From Candidatus Altimarinota bacterium (GTDB lineage Bacteria; Patescibacteriota; Gracilibacteria; UBA1369; GCA-2718715), in NCBI GenBank assembly GCA_041242255.1, contig JBESAV010000001.1, positions 896,001 to 960,000 on the forward strand: 64,000 nucleotides of DNA, in the 5' to 3' direction. Position numbers and translations under genes: made by a program. The notes under the pieces were generated by a model. It had not been told where the DNA came from. It worked only from the letters and a program-made list of their open reading frames with translations, and did no database searches. Shown piece by piece: positions 20,248-30,780 of the stretch. Each line of letters begins with the position of its first letter. The stretch's first letter is position 1.

Positions 20248-23200
20248 TTATATCCTTCGATTTAATAAATCATCCACAAACTCCATCGTTCCCATAAAAT
20301 CAGCCGTATACCTAGATACATCTGGAAAATCCAAGCTTACAATCTTTTCATACACAATCTCCACCAAACTCTCCAACTTATTCAATTCCTCCTCCCCTAC
20401 TTGCAAACTCAAATATCGACTAGACTCATCAGCTTCTAAAAAATACAAACCACACTCTTGAATCAACACTTTAGACAAACGCCTATGGCCCTTCATCAAA
20501 AGGTAGTAAAACCCAAGCTGATTTCTATACTTCCAAGCTTTAGTCTTTTTATATTCATCATAATTTTTATCCCAACTCTCCAATGCAGAACCAGTCTTAA
20601 AATCTATCACTTTCATAGACTCTATACTCTTTCCATCCTCCCCTAATTCAAAACTAACCCAATCCATAGCACCACTCAAGAAGGCATTTTCCCCCAACTT
20701 CACATTTTCATTATAAAAACTAACCTCAGACAAATCCGCCAATCCAAACTTACCACTTAAAAAGATATCTCTATGAACTACCTCTAGATATTTCTTACCT
20801 TTGGCTAAATACTCCTTCAACTCCTTCGAAGTAAGCCTGGCTCTCTTCAATTTAGCCTCGAATTGTTCAATCATTACATTCTTATCAACCAGTTTCCCCT
20901 CACTCTTACAAGCCACCATATACTGAGAAATCCCAAAATGCATAGCAGTACCATACTCAGCCGCTACACTTTTAACTTGAGGAAAACGAAGCAAATTCTT
21001 CTCCAAAAAATACTTAGGACCACCCTTAGATAAATCCAAAAAGTTATTCAAAGCCGTCACACTTAACTTATAATCCACCACCAATGTTTTCAAAAACGAA
21101 AACTCATCACTATCTTTCTCAACATCAACATTTTCAGCCAAATCAACTCCAAGCAAAAGCCCCAAATCAATCTCCACACTTCTAGAATCCAGCCCCTCAC
21201 TCTCCTCAGACCTACCAACTTTATCAAAAAACTCACCTTCAATCACATCTACTAAAAACCTAAACGGTTTCACATCTTTACCATCACTTTTCATTAGATA
21301 AGTACTTAAGAACAAATTCTCTTTTGCTCTACTTAAAGCCACATAAAACAATCTCAAAAAGTCATCCAATTCATCAGCATTCGTTTGAACATTCACGTTC
21401 TGCAGTGTCTTCAGCTTATCAACCCTACCTCTACTTTCCCAACTCCTAGCATTACAAGACAACACATACACCGTCTCAAACTCCATACCTTTTGATTTAT
21501 GAGCAGTCATCAAATTCACTGAATCCTTCCCAGAGACGACATTAAAGCTATTATTTATTCTCAGTCCATGATCCAAATGAGCAGATAGATACTCTACAAC
21601 TTCATGAACCCTCAAAACTTCACCTACTTTATAATCCTTCAATCGATCAAACAAAGTCTTCAAATCCATCAAAAAATTCAAATAATCCTCTTCCTTTTCA
21701 GCCCAATTATCACTTGGGAAATAAAACTCTTTAATCGGAGAAACAAACTTTCCACTCATATCCAATTCGATTTCCTTCCCAGCAATCAAATACTCTAATA
21801 TCTCAAAAACTGACATCTCATTTGAAAGCTGCCCCAAAGTAACCAAAAACTCAATCACCACCTTAATCTCCGGACTAACCACCTCTTCCTCCTCGATCAA
21901 CTCAATCAAATCCTTCTTTTGCTTGTAAGCCGCATGCACATACTTCCACAACTCCAATCTTGGCACATCCCAAAAATCAAAACTCAAAATCTCAACCAAA
22001 AGATCATCCACCCCATACTTCTCACGATCAAACTCAGCATCTAAGTATAAAAGAATTTTATAAACCTTCTCAATTACCTCACTTTCCAAAATATTTTTAG
22101 AATGCTCATAATTAAAAGGAATCCCTTTTTCATGTAAAAATTTCGAAAGATACCTCAAGCTCCTATGACTTCTAGATATAACAGCAATTTCAGATAACTC
22201 CTCACCTGACTCCTTGCGCCTCAAAACCTCTTCAGCAACCCATTCCATCTCTTGAAGTTCATAGTTAAACTCCTTATATGTTATTTCTCCATCTTTCAGT
22301 CCAGTATTTCCAGCTTTAAGCTCTTTCGATAATTCATCTACATAATTCTCAAGTCGATCATCCCCTTGAACTATCAAAGCTCTAATAAGATCTAAAATTC
22401 GTTGCGTTGAACGATAATTTTTATCTAAAACAATCAACTCAACACTTGGATATTTCTTTTTAAAACTCAAAACATTTGAAACCTTCGCTCCTTGAAATTT
22501 ATAAATCGACTGATCATCATCCCCCACTACCATAATATTTGGATCAGACTCTTCACCTAAAACTAAACTAATGATCTCCATTTGAACTCCACTAGTATCC
22601 TGGAACTCGTCCACCATCACGTACAAATATTTCTCCTGAACCATTGCTCGAAAAGTATCATCTTCCTTTAGCTTTAATCGAACATCCATCAACAAATCAT
22701 CAAAATCCACCAACCCTCTCTCATCCATAATCCGTTCATACTCAGCAAAAACAAAACTCAGCTCTTCATTCTTATCCAACCTAGCAAAGTCTTTCAAAAC
22801 ATGATTCTTATCTTTATCCTTGGTAATCCATTCTCTTTTCCAAGCCGTAAAAGGTTTAGTAGATTCTTCATTCTTCATCTCAACAATCATCTCACCAAAA
22901 GATTCTACAAAAACTTCTCCCCAAGATTTTTTCCCAACTAAATTATTATCATTATCATCTTTCACATTTATCTCAGAAGCAATCTGTTCAAAAAACAAAA
23001 CCACTTCATCAATCCTCCCCTTACTCATGCGTCCTAAATCATCTAGAAACTTACCTAACACCACTTGAACACCTTCAATCTCTTTCCTAGCACTAGCAAT
23101 AGCTTCATTAAACTCAACCGCTGAATAAGCTCCTCTCTTAAGTTGTGAAATTTTAGATCGCACATCCGACATATACAAATAACCTTCACCAGGAATCTGC

Positions 23201-23634
23201 TTCCTAAGATTAGCCTCAATATCCAACCTCTCTAAAATAGACTCGATGATCAAAACTTGCTCCAAATCATCAACTACCTTCAACTCTCTTTCATCATAAA
23301 AAAATTCTGCAAAATCACTCCTTAACTGGGAGGCAAAACTATGAAAGGTAAAAACTGATACATCATAAGCAGCATTCCCTATAAAACTCTGTAACCTCTT
23401 TTGAAGATTTTGCGTAGCTGAATCAGTAAATGTTAAACACAAGATAGAATCTGCCATCACATCTGTCCTTCTCAAGATATTAGCTGCTCTCAAACTCATC
23501 ACCTGAGTTTTCCCAGCCCCAGGACCAGCCACTACCATAACTGCACCTTCAATCTTATCTACAACCTGCTTTTGCTCAGCATTCAAAAACTCATAAGCCT
23601 TCTCAAACCTACTCTCAAACTTATTAAAATTCAT
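20248..23634 (-). CDS. UvrD/PcrA-like SF1 helicase fused to a C-terminal PD-(D/E)XK (RecB-type) nuclease
   Basis: AGPGAGKT, VDEFQD, VGDDDQSIYKFQGA, NYRS, MTAHKSKGMEF, LFYVALSRA; nuclease GAMD...IDFKTG...QLGFY. Confidence 0.92.
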   Translation of the reverse strand: MNFNKFESRFEKAYEFLNAEQKQVVDKIEGAVMVVAGPGAGKTQVMSLRAANILRRTDVMADSILCLTFTDSATQNLQKRLQSFIGNAAYDVSVFTFHSFASQLRSDFAEFFYDERELKVVDDLEQVLIIESILERLDIEANLRKQIPGEGYLYMSDVRSKISQLKRGAYSAVEFNEAIASARKEIEGVQVVLGKFLDDLGRMSKGRIDEVVLFFEQIASEINVKDDNDNNLVGKKSWGEVFVESFGEMIVEMKNEESTKPFTAWKREWITKDKDKNHVLKDFARLDKNEELSFVFAEYERIMDERGLVDFDDLLMDVRLKLKEDDTFRAMVQEKYLYVMVDEFQDTSGVQMEIISLVLGEESDPNIMVVGDDDQSIYKFQGAKVSNVLSFKKKYPSVELIVLDKNYRSTQRILDLIRALIVQGDDRLENYVDELSKELKAGNTGLKDGEITYKEFNYELQEMEWVAEEVLRRKESGEELSEIAVISRSHRSLRYLSKFLHEKGIPFNYEHSKNILESEVIEKVYKILLYLDAEFDREKYGVDDLLVEILSFDFWDVPRLELWKYVHAAYKQKKDLIELIEEEEVVSPEIKVVIEFLVTLGQLSNEMSVFEILEYLIAGKEIELDMSGKFVSPIKEFYFPSDNWAEKEEDYLNFLMDLKTLFDRLKDYKVGEVLRVHEVVEYLSAHLDHGLRINNSFNVVSGKDSVNLMTAHKSKGMEFETVYVLSCNARSWESRGRVDKLKTLQNVNVQTNADELDDFLRLFYVALSRAKENLFLSTYLMKSDGKDVKPFRFLVDVIEGEFFDKVGRSEESEGLDSRSVEIDLGLLLGVDLAENVDVEKDSDEFSFLKTLVVDYKLSVTALNNFLDLSKGGPKYFLEKNLLRFPQVKSVAAEYGTAMHFGISQYMVACKSEGKLVDKNVMIEQFEAKLKRARLTSKELKEYLAKGKKYLEVVHRDIFLSGKFGLADLSEVSFYNENVKLGENAFLSGAMDWVSFELGEDGKSIESMKVIDFKTGSALESWDKNYDEYKKTKAWKYRNQLGFYYLLMKGHRRLSKVLIQECGLYFLEADESSRYLSLQVGEEELNKLESLVEIVYEKIVSLDFPDVSRYTADFMGTMEFVDDLLNRRI

Positions 23635-23635
23635 A

Positions 23636-24013
23636 TTATTTATACAGCTTATTTTTCCCACTCTCTCGATACTTCGCCCTTCTTAAGCTAACACTTTCTC
23701 GATCAATTCCAACAGGATACTTCTCAGCCAATAAAGGCATTTTTAGCTCGTACATTTCTTGCAAATCTACTCCACAATTTTCAGCTAAGAGCATCAAATA
23801 ATTCAAGACATCAACCATCTCAAATCCAATCTCTCTTTTCATATCATCATCCGACTTAATCCGTTCAAAACTTTTACCTTTATTCAAAGATTCAGCTAGC
23901 TCACCGACCTCCCCCATCAAACTCATCATTGAAGCACCAACATCTTGATCACCCCAACCTCTAACCTCAATGAACTCATGTAATTCTTTCTGAATCTCAG
24001 ATAAACTCTTCAT
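23636..24013 (-). CDS. MazG-like nucleotide pyrophosphohydrolase
   Basis: RGW, GEVGELAE (ExxE), EMVDVLNY (ExxD), KYP. Confidence 0.85.
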   Translation of the reverse strand: MKSLSEIQKELHEFIEVRGWGDQDVGASMMSLMGEVGELAESLNKGKSFERIKSDDDMKREIGFEMVDVLNYLMLLAENCGVDLQEMYELKMPLLAEKYPVGIDRESVSLRRAKYRESGKNKLYK

Positions 24014-24044
24014 AAAAAATGCGGACTATTTAACTGACCGCATT
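24014..24044 (-). terminator. Intrinsic terminator of the SLH gene, abutting the MazG-like start codon
   Basis: Minus strand AATGCGG...CCGCATT then T6 immediately followed by ATG; a TATAAT at 24042-24047 overlaps the 5' arm. Confidence 0.6.
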
Positions 24045-24072
24045 ATAAACCATCTAGATTTTATTTTAAGTC

Positions 24073-26709
24073 CTAAAACCCATAGAACTCTTTCAAACGC
24101 ATATAAAGCTCTTCACCATTAATTTCCTGATCTAATCTATCTTCTTGCACCACATTAGTGACCTTAATATAATCTGCATACCATGGATTAGAATCAAGAA
24201 TATCCCTCTCAACACTTCGATACATAAGAGCACTAAACTCAACATAGTTAAGATTCTTATTTGGTCTAAAGTAACCATCAGGATAACCTTTAATGATACC
24301 TAAACCATATCCAGCTCTAAGATATTTTAATTCTTCATCAGTCATCAAACCGATATCTAAAAATGGTAACTCAACCTCATATTCTTCAATATCTGCGCAC
24401 ATGAAGTCCACAAACATTGCAACAGCTTCAATCCTAGTAACATTTGTAGGATCAAAAGTTCTTCCCATCTCTAAATCATTTACACAGAACTCTCCCCTAT
24501 CTGTAGTAGTTCGAACTTTATCTTTATTAGGTATTACTACATCCTCAGCTTCAAACTCATTTAACTCACCTTCAACTTCACCATCTGAAGCCTCATTATC
24601 TTGGGTAGCAAACGGACTTGAAGTCGACGCCCCACCTGAACCATTACTCGGCGGAACTCTAACTACAGTTACATCTACAGTCTGTTCTGTAAACCCATCA
24701 AATTCATCAGTTGAACGAACTATCACTTCATATGTCTCTCCTAGATCACCATCTAAACTAATACTCAATAATCCATCCGATGTAATACTAAACAAACCAG
24801 AATCAGCACCTCCAGAAATACTAAATTCAACATCATCATCTTCTGGATCTGAAGCCTCAAACCGTCCAACTGCCTCTCTATTTTGAGGAACATCTATTGA
24901 AACATTAGCATCTCCATTCCCAATTACAGGAATTTCATTCTCAGACAAACTAACATTATCTACAATCACAAGCTCTGTTCCATCACTATTCAAGAAAATT
25001 TTCCAATTAAAGACCCCTTCACCATAAGTATCAAAAAATTCAAATAAATTATCATTTACTTCAGTAATAGTATTCGACTCAAGTACTCCATCCACAGTCT
25101 CAACCCATGAATTACCATCATAATAATACCAATTCACCCCATCATTATTTGAAATCTGTAAACTTATAGAACCTTCACTATCATCATCTAAATCAACAGT
25201 AAAAGTCCTTAAAGCTTCATCATACGCCACACCAGTTCCTAAACTTACAAAAGGAGAAGTATCAGGGTAAAACTCTTCAACATTTGGCTGATAAATCTTA
25301 CCTGAAATATAAATCGAATCATTATCTGTATCCGCGTATGTGAAATCATAATTTGAATATGCTACCAATAGATTTCCAGTAGTTGTAGAGACCGCAGGAT
25401 AACTTTGCACTTGAAATGTTCCAATCGCGTCATTCACCTGGAACTCATCTTTAACCACGTTTAAAGTATCATCTAAAACTATACCTGCAACATGATAAAA
25501 CTGATCGTCATCACCAGAGTGATTCGTGTCTAAAGATGACCAAGTTACAAACACGTCACCATTTGCTAACTCTGCCAAAATAGCAAACCTTTGATCACCT
25601 TCAATCTCTTGATTAATCTGTGTCTCACTTACTAGTTCAACTAAATTTTCATCATAAACTTTCGCAGCAATGTAATCACCATCATTATCAGTAAAAGGGT
25701 TACTATTATCATCTGACTCCCAACTAATCACCACCTGACCACTAGACAATTGCAAAACATCCATATTCCATTGACCATTCTCAATTTCATCATTTACCTG
25801 GAACTCAGGCAAAACAACATCCCCGGCAGAATCAAACAATTTAGCAGCAACATAACTCTGCGAATTATCAGTAAAAGGATTGTTCAAATCATTCGAATAC
25901 CAAGACACTACAAAATTACCATTACTTAAACCTCTTACATCCGAACCAGCTTGAATATTTTCAATCTCATCATTCACCTGAAATTCAGACACTACTGTAG
26001 CACCAGTATTATCGATAATTTTAGCAGCTACATATCCACCAGAATTATCATTTCCCACACTAGGATCTAATACTGTATCAGCAGAACTCCATGTAATAAC
26101 AATATTACCATTTGCTAATTCAGACACAGATGGACTACCTTGAATACCAGTAATCTCATCATTCACCTGAAACTCTGGAACTACAGTAGTACCAGCAGTA
26201 TCAATTATTTTAGCAGAAATCAAAGCCTGACTATTATCAGTTCCAAAAGTTGTATCTTGAGACTGCCAAACAACAATAATATTATCATTACTCAAAACCT
26301 CAACATCAGCCACAAACTGCTTCCCAACATAATTATCATTAACAACTATCTCCGATATAACTTCGTCTCCATTGGAATCAATGATCTTCAAACCTACAAA
26401 TGCTTCACTTGTATCAGCAGTTGAAACTGTGTCATTAGACTCCCAAACAATTACATAATTACCATCATTCATTGAGTCGACAATTGGAATCGCCTGTCCC
26501 CCAACAACATTATCATTTATCTGAAATTCCTTAATATTATCAATCAGAAGCTGATTCCCAGCAATCTCGACATCATCCTCATCCGACACATTATAGTCTG
26601 CTGGATTACTAAAGTTCCATGTAGTTATTATAGCCGAAAAAGCTGTCATTGAACCAAAAACCAATAAACCAAGTACTAAAAATGCACTTAAATGCTTAAA
26701 ATACTTCAT
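24073..26709 (-). CDS. Secreted surface protein: 7 EFQVND repeats, cadherin-like domain, C-terminal SLH domain
   Basis: Signal peptide; 7 repeats; ASDPEDDDVEFSISGGADSGLFSI; GIIKGYPDGYFRPNKNLNYVE. Confidence 0.85.
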   Translation of the reverse strand: MKYFKHLSAFLVLGLLVFGSMTAFSAIITTWNFSNPADYNVSDEDDVEIAGNQLLIDNIKEFQINDNVVGGQAIPIVDSMNDGNYVIVWESNDTVSTADTSEAFVGLKIIDSNGDEVISEIVVNDNYVGKQFVADVEVLSNDNIIVVWQSQDTTFGTDNSQALISAKIIDTAGTTVVPEFQVNDEITGIQGSPSVSELANGNIVITWSSADTVLDPSVGNDNSGGYVAAKIIDNTGATVVSEFQVNDEIENIQAGSDVRGLSNGNFVVSWYSNDLNNPFTDNSQSYVAAKLFDSAGDVVLPEFQVNDEIENGQWNMDVLQLSSGQVVISWESDDNSNPFTDNDGDYIAAKVYDENLVELVSETQINQEIEGDQRFAILAELANGDVFVTWSSLDTNHSGDDDQFYHVAGIVLDDTLNVVKDEFQVNDAIGTFQVQSYPAVSTTTGNLLVAYSNYDFTYADTDNDSIYISGKIYQPNVEEFYPDTSPFVSLGTGVAYDEALRTFTVDLDDDSEGSISLQISNNDGVNWYYYDGNSWVETVDGVLESNTITEVNDNLFEFFDTYGEGVFNWKIFLNSDGTELVIVDNVSLSENEIPVIGNGDANVSIDVPQNREAVGRFEASDPEDDDVEFSISGGADSGLFSITSDGLLSISLDGDLGETYEVIVRSTDEFDGFTEQTVDVTVVRVPPSNGSGGASTSSPFATQDNEASDGEVEGELNEFEAEDVVIPNKDKVRTTTDRGEFCVNDLEMGRTFDPTNVTRIEAVAMFVDFMCADIEEYEVELPFLDIGLMTDEELKYLRAGYGLGIIKGYPDGYFRPNKNLNYVEFSALMYRSVERDILDSNPWYADYIKVTNVVQEDRLDQEINGEELYMRLKEFYGF

Positions 26710-26747
26710 AAATCACATTAAATTATCTGATAATTATACCAGAAAAA

Positions 26748-27284
26748 CTAAATTTCGTACACCCTCACCTCACAATTCCCAATCTTTTCTGCATGCCCCT
26801 TTTCTATATCTTCCATCAATAAACTTTCAATAGACCTCATCACTCCAGAATGAGCAACTACAAGCACACAAGCCAAATCATTTTCTAGCAAAAACTCCCA
26901 AAACTCACCTACTCTTTCGACCATCTCAAGATAACTCTCACCACCGACATGCTTATGACCAATCGGGTCTTTTTTATACTCAGCATCAATATCTTTAGGA
27001 ATATCATCAATACAAACTCCAGCCATCTCCCCAAAATCCTGCTCCTTCAAACGGTCATCATAAATCACTTTCGCACAATCCACATCCATCAGTTCCAAAG
27101 TATCCTTCCCTCTCTGATTGCTACTACAAAAAATCGCATCAAACTCCACACCTCTTAAATTTTCACCCAGCTCTACAGCTTGTTTTTTACCTAATTTTGT
27201 TAAAGGAAAATCCATACTACCTCCCATCAGAACCCTATCTCGATTCGCCTCAGTCTGCCCATGCCTACATACGTACACCTTCAT
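26748..27284 (-). CDS. Histidine phosphatase (phosphoglycerate mutase-like) family protein
   Basis: RHGQTEAN, LKEQDFG, GGES, VVAHSG; ATG 27284 preferred. Confidence 0.9.
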   Translation of the reverse strand: MKVYVCRHGQTEANRDRVLMGGSMDFPLTKLGKKQAVELGENLRGVEFDAIFCSSNQRGKDTLELMDVDCAKVIYDDRLKEQDFGEMAGVCIDDIPKDIDAEYKKDPIGHKHVGGESYLEMVERVGEFWEFLLENDLACVLVVAHSGVMRSIESLLMEDIEKGHAEKIGNCEVRVYEI

Positions 27285-28026
27285 AATACTTCTTACATAC
27301 CAAAAACATAATAACAGAACCAACCCCAACTGAAATCCAATAACCTTCTCTCACCAAAACCCCAGACCAATAAGCAACACTCAAAGTTATTGGACTAACC
27401 CACATCCAAAAACCAGCCTCAGAAAAATTCTCCCAAAACCTTCCTGCTCGAACCTTCTCAAAGACAAAAGCACTCAAACTACCTGTCATAAACCAACCTA
27501 TAAAGTTTTGCACAGGCACTTCATACAATCTCCAAGGCAAAAACGCATCCCCCCATTCCCAAACACCTACAGCAGTAAGTCCTGGATCTATACATACATC
27601 AAACATCATCAAACCAAAGCCACACCCCAACACCTTTTCCCAAAAACTCAAACCTTTTAACAAGTAAAGAATGCCCAAAACCATAGGCACATAGATCAAC
27701 GGCAGAACCAACGGCACCTCTCCAAGTACCTTGATTCCACCCATCAGATCCAAATATTCAAACTTTCCATAAGGAAAACCAAAATTAATCGAAGCTAATT
27801 CATATCCATAACTCATCAACCCAACCACCCCAACAGCCACAAAATCTCTCCACTCAAACTTAGAAAACTTTCCCCCAAAGCAAATCCAAAACGGCAAAAA
27901 CATCAACACACTAAACAGCATCCCAAACCTAGCCATCGCCGGAAACAACTCAATCAAATTCTGCAAAGGGAATAAATAAGCACAACTAAATAAACCAATA
28001 CTAATCAAAATATAGCTAAACAACAT
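27265..28026 (-). CDS. CruF-like (DUF422, carotenoid hydratase family) membrane protein
   Basis: E....FGFPYGKFEY, VPLVLP, DVCIDP...GVWEW, VPVQNFIGW. Confidence 0.8.
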   Translation of the reverse strand: MLFSYILISIGLFSCAYLFPLQNLIELFPAMARFGMLFSVLMFLPFWICFGGKFSKFEWRDFVAVGVVGLMSYGYELASINFGFPYGKFEYLDLMGGIKVLGEVPLVLPLIYVPMVLGILYLLKGLSFWEKVLGCGFGLMMFDVCIDPGLTAVGVWEWGDAFLPWRLYEVPVQNFIGWFMTGSLSAFVFEKVRAGRFWENFSEAGFWMWVSPITLSVAYWSGVLVREGYWISVGVGSVIMFLVCKKYYEGVRM

Positions 28027-29197
28027 GATACTTAATTAATTTTCTATAAGGTATCACCGACAGCACCCCAAACACAATCGCCACAATCAAAAATCCATTC
28101 CCAACTCCTCTAGTATCCACAACCCATCCAAGCAAAGGCGCAACTACAGCAAAAACCAACCTAAAAAACATACTATCCATCGACAGGATAGTCGCTCTTA
28201 AACTACTTGGGACACGATCATTCAAAAGCACACTCGTAAACACACCTCGAGCAGCCCTTGCCCAAGTTACTGCTAGATAAAACAAAAGGCTAATTAAAGC
28301 ACCCCAAACACCTATCAGTACCATCCCAACACACGTCAAAATAGGAATCATCAACAAAGAAAACTTCAAACTAAATTTCTTCTGCATCCAAGGCACAGTC
28401 ATTACCATCAATCCAACCGACAAATTCATAGCAGCCCAAAACCACCCAAACAATCCAACTGAAACTCCATTTTCTATAAGCACAGGCTGAAACAACCAAA
28501 CCGAAGAAAAAGTCATCCCAGAAATTGCAGTCCCATACATCAACACCCAAAAAATCTCACGCTTTTCCACAAACACTATCCGTAAAGCCTTCTTGATTTC
28601 ATCCAAATGCACCAATTCCTCTTCTCTATGAATCGGAGGCTCTACCAACCAAAGGGCTACCAAAAACCCTAACAACATAGCAAAACCCTGCAAATAAGCT
28701 GCATACACTAAACTCAAGATAGCAACTAAACCACCAACTACACCTGCAAAAGCCTCCATAAAGTTTCCAACTGACGACATTGAAGACTTATGCTTCACAT
28801 ATTCATGTGATTTCCCCATTGAAAGCAAGGAATCATACATCAAAGCATCATTAGAACCTGATATACAGCATGCTCCAAAACCAATCACAGTCTGTAAAAT
28901 TGCATAATACAAAAAACCATCCATCAACCCATACAAACTATACGACACCCCACATAAAAGAAAACCTATCTGTATCGAAAGCTTCCTACTCAACTTATCA
29001 GATATATAACCGGTCGGCACCTCAAACAAAAACACTGCTATTCCAAAAACTGCCTGCAAGTAAATCACTTCACCAGTACTCAAACCTTGGGATTGGTAAA
29101 ACGGTACAAGCACAGGCAGCAAAAACAACAAATACTGAAACCCCTTCAAAGATTTCAGTATATTAATATTCCTCCTCAAACCATATTCTATATTCAT
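28016..29197 (-). CDS. MFS transporter
   Basis: FEVPTGYISDKLSRK, SG..DALMYDSL, RATILS; about 12 TM segments. Confidence 0.9.
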   Translation of the reverse strand: MNIEYGLRRNINILKSLKGFQYLLFLLPVLVPFYQSQGLSTGEVIYLQAVFGIAVFLFEVPTGYISDKLSRKLSIQIGFLLCGVSYSLYGLMDGFLYYAILQTVIGFGACCISGSNDALMYDSLLSMGKSHEYVKHKSSMSSVGNFMEAFAGVVGGLVAILSLVYAAYLQGFAMLLGFLVALWLVEPPIHREEELVHLDEIKKALRIVFVEKREIFWVLMYGTAISGMTFSSVWLFQPVLIENGVSVGLFGWFWAAMNLSVGLMVMTVPWMQKKFSLKFSLLMIPILTCVGMVLIGVWGALISLLFYLAVTWARAARGVFTSVLLNDRVPSSLRATILSMDSMFFRLVFAVVAPLLGWVVDTRGVGNGFLIVAIVFGVLSVIPYRKLIKYHVV

Positions 29198-29263
29198 AGT
29201 ATCTTTTTATATTTCATCACAAGATACTACACTCTAGAGATTAACTAAAGTTAAAAATCCATT

Positions 29264-29758
29264 TTACCCCACCAACTTCCCAAATCTCTCAGCATGTTTC
29301 TCATTCTCAGTCGAACCATCTTCATCAAACTCATCCCCAACATGCCCCACATTCATAGCCCCCATCCATCTAAACCCAACCGAAGTTAGATATAACCTAA
29401 GCATCTCCACAAGTCTAACTCCTGCAAATCCACCAGCTGAAACACTTACCACATAAAGTGGTTTATCCTTATATTCATCAACTAACCTATCAAACAAAAT
29501 CTTCAATTCCCCAGGGTAACTATAGTTATATTCTGGACTAACCAGTAAAAGTCTATCCGCCCATTCAACCTTTTCGGCCCATTTTTTAGAAACATCATCA
29601 GGCGCCCACTTCGCAACAGTTCTAGAAGATTCATAATCTCTCACATCTACAGTTTCCACTTCGTCACCCATAGATTTCAACTGATTCAAAGCAAACTTAA
29701 AGACTCTCTCCGACATTCTCCCTTCACGACCAGTCCCAAGCACAACTAAAGTTTTCAT
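29264..29758 (-). CDS. NADPH-dependent FMN reductase
   Basis: LGTGREGRMS, SPEYNYSYPGELK, GFAGVR. Confidence 0.88.
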   Translation of the reverse strand: MKTLVVLGTGREGRMSERVFKFALNQLKSMGDEVETVDVRDYESSRTVAKWAPDDVSKKWAEKVEWADRLLLVSPEYNYSYPGELKILFDRLVDEYKDKPLYVVSVSAGGFAGVRLVEMLRLYLTSVGFRWMGAMNVGHVGDEFDEDGSTENEKHAERFGKLVG

Positions 29759-29761
29759 ATT

Positions 29762-30733
29762 CTAAACAATTAAATAAATCATATACCCAAAGTATATCAT
29801 CAAAAACAAAACACCCTGCCATTTTTGCAGAACATGTTTTTTTCCAAGAAACAAAAACACCAAAAGCAAAGCCGCCGACAATATTGCTACAATCGCACTC
29901 ATGTCACTCTCCGAAGGATTATACGGCAAAGGACTAATCATTGAACTCACACCCAAAATCCAAAAAACATTAAATATATTCGAACCAGCCACATTCCCTA
30001 CTGCAATATCAGCATTACCTCTCATCGCAGCCACAACCGATGTAGCAAGCTCAGGAAGCGATGTACCAATCGCTACAATCGTAACCCCAACCAAAGCCTC
30101 TGGCCATTCAAAATAATCAGCCAAAGCAGTCGCCCCATCCACAATCCACTTACCACCAAAAGCCAAGCCTAAAGCACCCAAAACTATAAAGAAGATAGAT
30201 TTATTCCATGACATCTTAACAATATCCTCATCTTTAGTTTTGTCTTTATTAGCTCTCACTAGACCAAAAGTATAATACATAAACACCACAAAGAAGGACA
30301 AAAACACTACCCCATCAGCCCTCGACAAAACATTTCCAATCGCATTCTGACCCGATGGATCCATCAAAACATCATTCCCCATGAAAAACAAAAGAACAAC
30401 CGACAAAAGTCCAAGCGGTATCTCCTTCCAAACCGTATCTGATTTCACTGTTAATGGAGTTATCAAAGCTGCAGCTCCTAAAATAAGCAAAATATTTGCA
30501 ATATTACTCCCCAGCACATTTGCAATTGCAAGGTCAGTTGCGCCCGAAAGCGAAGCCAAAACATTTACAATCAACTCCGGCGCAGAAGTCCCAAAAGATA
30601 CAATAGTCAAACCAATTACAATATCCGAAACCTTAAGCCTCTTTGCAATCGAAGAAGACCCATCTACCAAAAGATCAGCCCCTTTAATCAAAGCCGGAAA
30701 CCCTATAACAAACAAAATACCCTCTAATAACAT
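29762..30733 (-). CDS. Ca2+/Na+ antiporter (YrbG/CaCA family)
   Basis: Two alpha repeats GTSAPE...GSNIAN and GTSLPE...GSNIFN. Confidence 0.93.
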   Translation of the reverse strand: MLLEGILFVIGFPALIKGADLLVDGSSSIAKRLKVSDIVIGLTIVSFGTSAPELIVNVLASLSGATDLAIANVLGSNIANILLILGAAALITPLTVKSDTVWKEIPLGLLSVVLLFFMGNDVLMDPSGQNAIGNVLSRADGVVFLSFFVVFMYYTFGLVRANKDKTKDEDIVKMSWNKSIFFIVLGALGLAFGGKWIVDGATALADYFEWPEALVGVTIVAIGTSLPELATSVVAAMRGNADIAVGNVAGSNIFNVFWILGVSSMISPLPYNPSESDMSAIVAILSAALLLVFLFLGKKHVLQKWQGVLFLMIYFGYMIYLIV

Positions 30734-30780
30734 TCTAAATAGTTAATTTGAGGGTATCTTACCAAACTTCTTAATCAATT

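Noticed and set aside
25380-26530. Recurring TCATTCACCTG(A/G)AA-like DNA repeats as a CRISPR array
   Set aside because: They are spaced about 180-190 nt apart, degenerate and in frame, encoding the EFQVND protein repeats; no cas genes
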